DNA of 64,000 nucleotides from Orbicella franksi (taxonomy: Eukaryota): contig OZ116699.1 in the NCBI GenBank assembly GCA_964199315.1, forward strand, positions 29,946,001 through 30,010,000, in the 5' to 3' direction. The notes beneath the pieces are model-generated. The model did no database searches and was not told the DNA's origin. It saw nothing but the letters and a program-made list of their open reading frames with translations. This document shows, in pieces, positions 45,336 to 55,784 of the stretch. Positions within the stretch are counted from its first letter, which is position 1, and each line of letters opens with the position of its first letter. The position numbers were made by a program, and so were the translations under genes.

Positions 45336-48300
45336 ATGAGGGGATTCTTAGCAATTTTTCTACTAACGTTTGGTCTCCTCGTAAGAGCTAGAGGTGAGAT
45401 CCCTTACGTTGTGGGATAGATTAAACAAACAATATATAAATGTTGAATTTTAGTTAGATTTCTGAGTCACTATTGTTGTAGATGCAATATAACGTGGCGT
45501 ATTATGAAATAAGATGGACTGCCGTGTATCATCACCTCTTGTCAACAGACTATGTTCTATCATGTCAAGCCCCTTTCTAGTCGCTCAGTTAGCAGTCACT
45601 TTGATTATGTCGGACTAGCCATACTTAACTGAACAGAGGTGCTCATAATAAAAGCATGTTTTTCTTAAGGTCAACTGGTGGCTTTTTTCCCTGACTGAAT
45701 TATTAAAAAACCTTTTTTTCCCAAAGCATTATTACACAAACTAAGCGGATTTAATTCCGTGTTAACTGACATATTTGTGTATCGAGAGAGCTAAAGACAT
45801 CATTCTGCCGTTAAGTTCTTTAATTGAGGTTGCCGTGTTACAGATTGGCAAGCTCTTTTATCAGGAGTAAAATGGAAAATAATTAAACACCATCACTGGA
45901 AATTTTCCTAAATAGACACATTTTGAGATTTTGAGATTTCATTAAAACCAAATTACGCGAATTAAACCAGCTAGTCCTACAAAAAACTACTAAATGAAAA
46001 GACTTGTTGTATTAGCTAATGGTAATATATTTAATGTCTCTCTTTTTCATCTGATAACTTTAGAACATGACAGGTTTTCTCCAACAAGATCCAGTCTCAA
46101 TGACGGTTTGTGCTCAGATTTGATCTTTATATTAAAAATAAGTTCTACCCCCTTGTAAGGCCTAAAATGTCAGTTCAGTCCATGGGAAAAGGAACCCTTT
46201 CACAGCAAAACCCAATTAATACCTGCCGAAGAATGACGAATTTTGGAAATAATTTTAGTTGTTAGAAATTATACTATTCTAATCAGAAGTTTATTTAAAA
46301 ATAAAGTACAATTCTCTCTTTCAATCAATAGACCAATCAGGGTGGCACATGTAAAGTTCTAAACTAAAATTCTTTAAGATAACTAAGTATAATAACGTTT
46401 GATCAATAACTATAACAGCCACTACTTACTTAAGAGATTTAAAGATTTCAGAATAATAATAAGTTAAGCCCTTTGGATTTTTTCCCGAAATATTAAGAAA
46501 TAACTCATAGGAGTCTATTGTATAGCTAACAAGGGTTAAACTCAGATATCAACACATCTCATACACACTGACTCTCTTTGTGGCGTGCGCTAGTCGAATA
46601 GCGGGCTTAGTTACCGATCGTTACCGTTGCTAGATGTCTCTATAGTGTACCAGTCGTGACAGTGCGTTCGTCGATTATTTGTAATCATTTCTGCATGAAC
46701 AGAAAACGTGTTAGAATCGTATGTTATATCTGACTTACACTATCAGGTTTACCAGCTTAACGGCATCCAGCATGGTGTAGGCATGTTTTCACAAATAACA
46801 CTGACCAATGGCAATGATTTAATTGCAGCATTTACTGATAGCAGTGACGAGTCGGCTGCACCATCATCGTTTTCTGATTCCGCATCACGACATAACAACA
46901 ACAACAACAACAACAACGACTGGCTTACTGACGATGATGACGATGATGAGGATGACGTCATGGACGAAAGTCAACTAAACGTGCAACCAGCAGCTAAAGC
47001 GGCAGCAGCGAAAACGGCAGGCAAGCCAAAGGTAGCTGTGGTTCCACTCAGTACTGGTAAGTTACTGGCCTGTCTCCGAGTGAAATCAATATCACGCTGT
47101 TTTAATAAGTGTCTTATCTGCTGTCCTACTGTTAATTTCTCTTATTTGTTTTCTGACCAAATTGATGACATAAATCTTTAACTGAAAGCTACCTTTTGTC
47201 TAAGTTTCCACTTGCATGTACAGATGTTAACACTTATTACTAAACATAATTTTCATTCCATCTCGTCCATCTCATATTTCTCCTCAGCGCAAATAGCGAG
47301 CAAACTGCTCTACGGGCTAAATGGTTTGCGTCGCAGCTTTGGAGCAGGGCCTGTAATTTGGTCGCCAACCCTCGATATTGGAGCTAAGGCCGCTAATGAC
47401 GCAATGCAAAAGGCAGGTGTAGTCAAGAAAGATCCCAACATCAAACACGGAACCCTGCAGTGTATAAAACTAACAAGTTCAGACAAAGTGGTTGCAGAAT
47501 GTTTATCGTTTTGGGGGCGGCAAATGCAGGATTATGATTGGTCAAAACCAGCAATCAAGGAAAACAACAGATTTTTTGTCACAGCCGTTTACAAGGCAGC
47601 GACACATGCTGGTGTTTCGGTCAAGAAAGGACCTTCGGGAAGATTCTTTTGTACTCTGCTGCTAGATCCTGCCCCTGATGCATCTAAGTTGAAGGACAAT
47701 GTGAAATCATACACTGGTAAGAGTGTTTTTAATGTTCCTCAGAATTTTCAGTAGGCCTAGTAAGTACCTAGTCACTTTGAGTCACAAGCCTTCCAATGTT
47801 TTTAAAGGACATCATATAAAATTGCCTTTTGCACCTTTCATTTTCCGAGAAACAAACCACAAGACTTTGTATTTTCCACTCCCGAAAGTTATTGGTGGGA
47901 TATGCACTTGACGGACTATGAGTATGTTTGTAGATGGCACGTTTAATTTTCCAAACTTTAAAGAAGTATTCAATCGCTTTCAACAGTTGGTTACTAAATA
48001 TATCTTCATATTTCTGTCGCTGATCGTTGATCATGCAACCTCTTCTGCCTGGTCCTGTTGAATCATCAAAGGGAATTTATAATTTCATAATTTCTGCAAC
48101 TAGTCAATTATCTTTTTACTGCAATGCAGTTGTTTCGACTTACTTTGATCCCTCTTTGTTTCAGATCTTTTCACTAGTGTTCCTGGAGGTAAAATATTTT
48201 TGTTGTTTACCGTTTTATCGCTAAAATAGTTATGCTTAATCCTTTTAGCCCCAATGTAAGCTTCATTTCAATATATGAAGATAAGCTTTCAATTACGTAG

Positions 48301-51300
48301 TGACCATGCTTACATTAGCTGAAGCATGGTTTGACTGATCTTTTACCAGTTGAGAGATATAGCTCTGATAAGATAAGAGGCAGCGCTTTCATTGTTATAG
48401 CCGCCATGTGAATGAAAAGTGCTTACTTTGTGCAAGCATAATTCTTCCTGATTTTGCAAGTTTTCACCCTTTTTTGCTATTTCTTCGTAGCTAAATGTTC
48501 GACTGGATTTACCGAATTCGGAGGATCCTGCTACAAACTTCACAAAGACAAACAAACCTGGATGAATGCAAACGCAGAATGTATCAAGGAATCTGCATTT
48601 CTGCCGCCAATCGGGAGTACAACGGAAAACGAATTTTTTAAACAGGGGCTCTTGAAAGGCGAGAAAGGTTTCAGCTGGCTCGGTTTCAATGACCGCCTTT
48701 CAGAGAGCATGTATATGTCAGTTGAGGGATCACAAATCCGCTTCATGGACTGGGTTAACGGTCAGCCTACCGGCAAAAATGAAAACTGTATAGGGTTCAA
48801 TAAAGACGCTAAATACGGAACGATGGCAGACTATCCATGTACCACAGCCAGCACATATGTGTGCAAAAAGCCCTTGGAAGGTAAGTAGGAGTTTCATTCA
48901 AAGTAACAGACGACTTGAGTGGTAAAGTCACGAGACGTAAATTTTCCATAAACTAGAATCAAGACTCCCAGATTTGTTGAAGAGAGCAGTGTTCCAAAAT
49001 TTTGCCTATAATTTGACCGTGCTTGAGTAATCTTTTGCCACCGTAAAAAAGGATGATGTTTCATATATTCACTTTTATATGATTTCATTTTAGTCATGAA
49101 ATTGGGAGCAATTGAGTAATTGGAATTTGCTTGTTCATTTTAGGTGACATAACCTATCTCCTCAAGATTGTAATAGAATCCATGCTGTGGTTGGACGATT
49201 TGAGCAATCCTGGCTCCCTCGCTTCACAGCAGCTTTCCAAAAAGCTCCAACAGGCGGTATGCATAAAACGTTTCCTTGTCCAGAAAATGTTTGCTATTAA
49301 CAGTGATTGAATAGACTAGCTTTTAGAAAAAGCAAAACTTGATGTACCTGGATCAATTTTAAGTTTAATAACAGAAAAATAGATAAATGAAGTTAATGAG
49401 TGCATGTCAGTTTAACAGAATTAACCAAAAGCGACAAAGGTTGTGCAACTTGGGTTCCAAAATGATCAGTCTCAATAAGAAAGCAGCGATGTTGTATAAT
49501 CATTGATAATGGATCATTTGCTTCCCCTTTGATGTGTAGATCAAAGAAATTTACACGAAGGCGGGAGTCAAAAACCTTAAGGCTGTCACTATCACCTCCG
49601 TTAGGTAAGTTAGAGCAAATTCCTTCAAACTAACAGCATTTAATTTGTTATAATTTGTAAGTTGGACAGATATTCTGCTGTTACAATGACGTCAGTCATT
49701 TTATCATCCCTGTCATCATAGGCCAAGTTAAATCCTGATGCTTTCTTTGAATGGATAATTCCTTAGTGATGGACATCGTGGTAATTCACGAATATGTGAT
49801 AAATACTCACAACTATGTGAAAAATATTTTCTCTGAGGATACTTACTGAATAAAATAATGTCATCCCTTTCAGCAATGGTTTACCACCACAGCCAGCACA
49901 AGCATACCCAGCATACAACTATCTGGGCAAGCGTCAGGTGACTGCCATCAGAGTCACCCCCGCACCTACCACGCCACCCAAACCCAAACCCTCAGCTGGA
50001 GCCGCGAGCAAACCTACTGTCAAACCCACACCTCCCAAAGTTCCAACAACAAAGTAAGGAGTGACGTCTTTCGATTTGATGATATTACAGTGCATTTCAT
50101 TACTTAGTTAGTGTAAAGGCTCGCAGTAAAGAATAAACGCATGGTTTCCATTACAAAGGTGTAATTTAGCTGCCAAAATGTCCTTCTTAAATGCTTTTTG
50201 TAGGATTTTTTGCAGGGCACAGTACTAACTTATGTATTGATCATTTTGTCATCGGAAGAAAGTAATTTATGTCTGAAACGAAATATGACTTGTCTCTTTA
50301 ACTTGTGCTCCAAATGAAAACACTATCATATATTTTCAGGCCAAAGAAGAAGGTTACTGTCAAACTTTCATTGACGTTCGGACCAAGCGGCATTCTACCT
50401 GACCCAACCGCACCTCTTCAGGATTATCTTCGTGCCAACGCCAACAAACTACCAGCGCCATTGAACGAACAAGTTAAACTGCTTTCCATTAGCATTGCTC
50501 CTCCAGGTATATAAAAACGTTAATTTTTCGGTAATTATACTTTTCTCTGACAACGCTCAACTTCGTCGCTTGTTGTAGTTCCATCATAAATCTTAACGTA
50601 AGCAAAAGGTGAGGTCTAACTTTTCAGTTATGTAGGTCATTTTGTACGATTTCCATTCGTTCCGACGCATGACAACAGAGTAAACAGTACAAATCTAAAT
50701 GTTTGCGTTTATGATTTTAGGTTCAGCGTCCTGCCCTCCTATCTGCTCCACCTCATGCGTGTCAAGCTGTGCACCGAGTTGTTGTTTCAGACCGGCGCCT
50801 GCCCCAGCTCCATACGTACCACCCCAGCCATGTGTCCCCACTCCATATAATCCATGTCCGCCTAAACCAGCACCAACACAGCCAGCGCCGACACAACCGA
50901 AGGTCCCAGCCAAACGACCCGCGGCAAAATGTACACCGACTCCATCAACACCGTGTCTACCACCAGTGCCTTATCCTTACCCACCGCCAGCATTTCCTCA
51001 GTACCCGGCTCCACCGTGTGTTCCAACTGTAATGAACAACTTTTGCAGGAACCTAGTCGCCAAGCCGCTTGTAGCAAACGGAGGAGGGTTCTTTGCTCCA
51101 AAGCCTGTCGTGAATCCTGCCGGCATTACTTACAGATATCCACTTCAACCGGCATACAGGCGTATCATGCCTAGGTTGGTATCTTCAAGGCCGGTTTCTC
51201 GCGCTGTGTTGCCTGTTCCACAGGCAGGGGGTTATAGGCAGTGTGTTCCTAGTCCTTCAAACCCATGCTCTCCAATAATGATGCCTCCTCCTCCACCTCC

Positions 51301-52177
51301 GCCTCAGCCTATGATGATACCTCAGTTTCCTATGCCTCAGGTAAGCAATCGATTTGCTCCATTGTGTTGCATGCCAAAACGTCCATGTTATAGCGGTACG
51401 AAACACCACAAAAATCAAATACAGCTAGTAAGCAAAGGACAGCAAGAGTTCCGAGCGGCCTTTTATGAGATTCAAAAGCGGGAATTTATAACAAGGATGA
51501 AGAGAATTCGATAAAAATGCTTGAAGAAAAGAGCAAATGCAATAAATTCACTGACTAACAAGTGGTTCTTTACGCAAAACCCTTCTGTGACGAGGTGAGG
51601 ATGAGGAGAGGTGGAAGGAGACAGGGAGGGCTTATACATATGGGTATTGACAGACCTATTCCAGCGTTTATAATCTGTGGGCATTTGTATATATGTAATT
51701 TATTATGTAAGTTAGACATAGAGCGCTTTCAGATAAAAGTAAATTTATGATATCTGATTTGTAACCAATCCTGACTTAAAGCGTTGTTCGATTCGTTCCA
51801 ATTTTAATCGCAATTCTTTTTTCTCTTTCTTTCCACAGATGGCACCGCCCTGCATTCCAAATATTTCCCCGAACTGTCCCCCAAAACCTCCACCGAAGAA
51901 GCCGGCAGCTAAAGCGGTGAAACCAGCCAAACCTTTACGCATAATGGGCTGTACTTATCCACCATGCAGCGTAATGATGCTACCTCCACCACCTCCACCA
52001 CCACCTCCTCCGATGCCAATGCCCATGCCAATGCCCATGCCAATGCCCATGCCTTGTACCCCGACTCCTTTCAACGCCTGTCCACCTCTTTCCCCTCCAA
52101 AAGCAGGCAAGACTAAGTCTAAAAGCACTGCTCCCAAACCGTGCGCTCCAGTACCTACACCCGGATGTGTACCACAA

Positions 52178-52210
<33 letters not shown>

Positions 52211-52531
52211 CCAATGCCAATGCCCATGCCAATGCCAATGCCTGTGCCGCCAATGCCCATGCCGATGCCTTGTGGGCCTCCACCGGCAAAGCCATGTGTC
52301 AAACCAACCAAGCCGCCACCGCCCAAGCCAATGTTAATCAAGCTCCCCGCCATACAGATCCAGGTTCCTCAGCAGCCAGCACCCCCCATGGTCCCACCCA
52401 TGATGCCACCTATGCCTCCTTGCCCTCCAATGTGTGTAGCACCTACCCCTGTTTGTCCGCCAGCGTGCCCCAAACCGTGTTGCAAGAGGGCAAGGCTGGG
52501 AAGGTCCGTACAGTCTTCCAAAAGGGAATAA
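45336..52531 (+). CDS. Gene C: secreted NOWA-like protein SP-acidic-CAP-CTLD-SEA-CRD-Pro/Met-rich-CRD (~988 aa, 11 exons)
   Basis: Exons 45336-45393, 46829-47056, 47288-47716, 48165-48188, 48491-48880, 49144-49256, 49540-49604, 49874-50053, 50340-50506, 50721-51340, 51839-52531. 2967 nt open; signal MRGFLAIFLLTFGLLVRARA. Exon phases parallel gene B. Confidence 0.8.
46894..46956 (+). repeat. Coding (AAC)8 poly-Asn and Asp-rich run in gene C exon 2
   Basis: HNNNNNNNNDWLTDDDDDDEDD. Confidence 0.9.
47288..47716 (+). CDS. Gene C CAP/SCP domain exon (highly degenerate)
   Basis: LNGLRRSFGAGPVIWSPTL..FW..QMQDYDWSKP..FFVTAVYKAATHAGV..LKDNVKSYT; homologous to gene [10 protein letters not shown]. Confidence 0.75.
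48491..48880 (+). CDS. Gene C C-type lectin exon
   Basis: CSTGF..GSCYKL..TW..A..EC..SWLGFND..MDWVNGQP..ENC..C..YVCK. Confidence 0.92.
50721..52531 (+). CDS. Gene C terminal exons: N-CRD, Pro-rich C-x7-C region, (MP)n tracts, variant C-CRD
   Basis: CPPICSTSCVSSCAPSCC (50732-50785); CPPMCVAPTPVCPPACPKPCC-KR (52421-52489); phase-0 intron 51341-51838. Confidence 0.88.
52013..52270 (+). repeat. Coding hexanucleotide repeats (ATGCCM)n encoding (Met-Pro)7 and (Met-Pro)11+3
   Basis: Read directly at 52013-52054 and 52178-52270. Confidence 0.95.
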
Positions 52532-55500
52532 TTGACTTTTCGTATCAACGCTTTCCAATTAATCGCCAACATGCTGTAATTAGCAGTGTAAGTTGACTAC
52601 TGAGGAGCTAGTCTGTATATATAGCTTGAAGTGCAGTATTTTGCAATTTTTTAGCCAGATGTGGTTTGCAATTTGTCACCTGGTATTCGCGTGTTTTAAA
52701 CGCGATATATTAAACAATAACAATAAACTGCACGTTTATAAACTAATGTTAGACGCATAAGCCAAGATAAAACATTTCTTTTTCTCCAAACCACAGCTTA
52801 TTAATCGTATTTCGGTTCTGCATTCCAAGTCAGTGATGAGATCCATGAATCCGACCTTTTCCGTGCATTGGTTTAATCTCTTTCTGTTCCGTCTGGCGGC
52901 AGGAGTTCGATAGGAGTCTCTTATCGTTTCTTTCTTAGAAAGAAAAAAGATAATGTAGGGTATTGAAGTTAGAGTTAGGTTGACAAGTGCATATGTATAT
53001 TTTATTTTGGCTTGAATTTTATTGTAAATTAAACTATTTGGTTCTTAAGTGATTAAATTGAGATTTTATTTACGAGGGTTCTAGATCCTAGGACAAGGTG
53101 ATCGTTTTCTGTGATCACGCGTACATAAAATATTCAATAAAGCAGTGGAATAAGTTATGTTCAGTTGTGTCATTCTGAAAACCTGTCACGCATCATGTTT
53201 ACCACGTCCGGTGATGTGCGGCACAAAGGAACTTAACCCTTTAATAAACCCACACAGCCTCCACCCCCGTCCATGCTGATCCCAACTCTTTCAATCTGTC
53301 CCTGGTACGGTCTAAATTCTTCACTTTCCTCTCCATTGCCTGCCTTCTAGTTTTTTCTTTCTCTTCTCTATTTCCACCAACATTGAGGATTCTACTTTCG
53401 GAGAGCTCTACTGGTGAAAATTTAAGGTAGAGGTTCCTCTAATTATATGAAGGCAAATGACGTTTGTTATAAAGAGGTCGAAAAGTCTGACTCTCTGCTT
53501 TCTCTTTGGGCACTTCCTGGCTGGTAAAACTCGATTAACGAAGGTGTATACGCTTATACATAAAACCAAAAGAAAACAACAACAAACAACAAAAGTCGAT
53601 GACAGATTTCATTATTGACTCCTTAAACCAAAATAAAGTAATCTCGCTGTCGTGAAACAAAAAACAACTCTAATAATCAATAGGAAACAGTTTGCATCAA
53701 GTTGTTACTCGCGCCAGTCATGTCCGAGTAGCTCAAGCTGAACTTACTGAAACACACTTCAATTACTGCAAAAAAGAACAAAAAAACAAAAAAACAGAAT
53801 TCGAGAGCACTCTATCGACTTCTCATTTACTCCTCTTTCTCTTCATTAAATGTAGAAGCAAAAGATACTACGCAATACTTAGTAACTAGCGTCCACTGCG
53901 AAGGCTTGTTTGTACGAAAAATAAAGTGCTGAAAACAAAGATGGTCGCCACCACTACGGGTTGATGTTATCGACAAGTAGTTACAGGTCGACCCAAAACT
54001 AAAAGATTGACAAATTCGTCGGTATAAAAAATTGCTGGGATTGTAATGAGGACGACAAAAGTAGGTTTTCTCTTTTAAAACATTTTTTCCTGAGGAGGAT
54101 TGTTTTATTGTCGGTGACCCCTGACCTAATTTTTCTAACTTTTGTCATCGATGACTTGCATCACACACTGTTGGCTCTGTTGCCATGGATAAGTTTTCTA
54201 GGTCGAACAATCAAAACAGCTTAATAATTAAGATAACAATTTTTCTCTAGTCTTTCGAGCCCCTTCAAAATTAAAGAGGAAGATAGAGGTAAACAAATCT
54301 CGGAATATGAGAGAATACCTTACCGGACCACGCTTAAACTTCATTTCCTCTCATTGCGGCAAATTTTGATCGTTATAATCGGGAGGTTGGTTATATCTCT
54401 TGTTTTCCCGCCTTTGTCAGGACATTTCCGTATGTATTAGAAGCAACTTCCACAATTTTCAGGTTCAACCGTGCGTGCTTTTTGTTTGTTCTTGTTTCTC
54501 TTTTTCGGTCAACGCTTAATTCGTTTTGTCAGTCAAATATACAAAACTTTTAGTTTAGCTTACCTTTATCCTTTCTTTTAACAGAAAACCTTTTTTCTCT
54601 GATTTAGTACTTAAGCCTTCGCAGCTGCATACTGTGACTGAGGCATTGATGTGAGTGGGCGTGGTAATAGAATGAAATAATCCCTTTGTCCTATAGATCG
54701 GAAGTAAGAACCAACCTCTCGGCAATTCGTATGTTAATTAAGTTTCGACCTCAATTATTGCCCACGCGCTCGGGTGAAAATCCATTTATCTGGACGGAAA
54801 TTTAAACACTATTTGAGATCTCCATTTACTTCCCTGATTGCCTCATTTTTGAGATTGTATTGTCAAACATGAATAGTGTGTGGTGATTATCTCGCAAGCT
54901 ACAAGCTGCTGTAATAAACACGTTGTAAAAAAAAAAGGTTTATCGGCTGAATAACAGGCTATGGAAATTTAAAGAGATCTTGCGTTCTGCAGGATGTGAT
55001 AATTGCCTATACCTTTAAATGTGGATGATTGAACGTGTTTCTTGCGTTTCCTTTGAGTGTAGTTGATATATCACTTTTACTTTTTTTTTCAATCAGGATT
55101 TGCAAGAAATGAAATCAGATTCATTGAAAATACCGTTCCTTTTATTACCTATAGTGCCTTTCTCCAATCTTGAATAAATTCAAATTGTAGCTTTCAGGCG
55201 TAACTGAAACTAAAAGTTTGTCCGGCCACCTGTTGCCTCACTCTTTCTTTTGTGTATTCTTAAGCCGCGTTTCCTTTAGAATCCCATATTTTTATCAATT
55301 TCTTAAATCACTGTAAAAATATAGTAACTGTTCGCTGTTTATGCTCTAGTTTTTTTTTCTGTGATGTGCTGTAAATCCCCAATAAATGTTCCTACTCCAA
55401 TTTTCCTGATAGTTTCCGCTCGAACACAAAGTAACGTTTTCTGACTCATCCTATTAACATCAAAGATAAAAGAGCTGACGTCACCCTAACTACGCCGCGT

Positions 55501-55784
55501 GTTTCATTAAGTTCACTTTCAAGTAACCAATTTCTTTTTCTCCGTACAAAAAGAAGCTTATCAAAGCTTTTTGTCCGTGGGTGGAGCTCAATTTTCCACG
55601 AACACTTTTAATTTCCGGGTTTCCGCGTTACTCGATCTTATTGTCAAGCTCCTCTGAAATTACTGGGCTAATGTGTGATATCACAAGAAAGAAATACTTC
55701 ATTATTGTTCCACCAGTTGGCATAAAAACCTAGTGATAATCATTGTGCTTCAGTAACACACTAGGTACGCGCCGTCGAAGGAAC

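Noticed and set aside
46708-46828. Longer exon 2 of gene C starting at 46747, joined to a donor at 45381
   Set aside because: In frame but truncates the signal peptide. The 45393/46829 pair gives a complete signal with an AxA site and a nearby ctgac branch point. It remains a possible minor isoform.
51955-52353. Gly-rich antisense ORF (GM/GI repeats) and the (AH)n frame at 52141-52596
   Set aside because: Shadows of the (MP)n repeat. Only the MP frame has splice sites, CRD and synonymous third-position variation.
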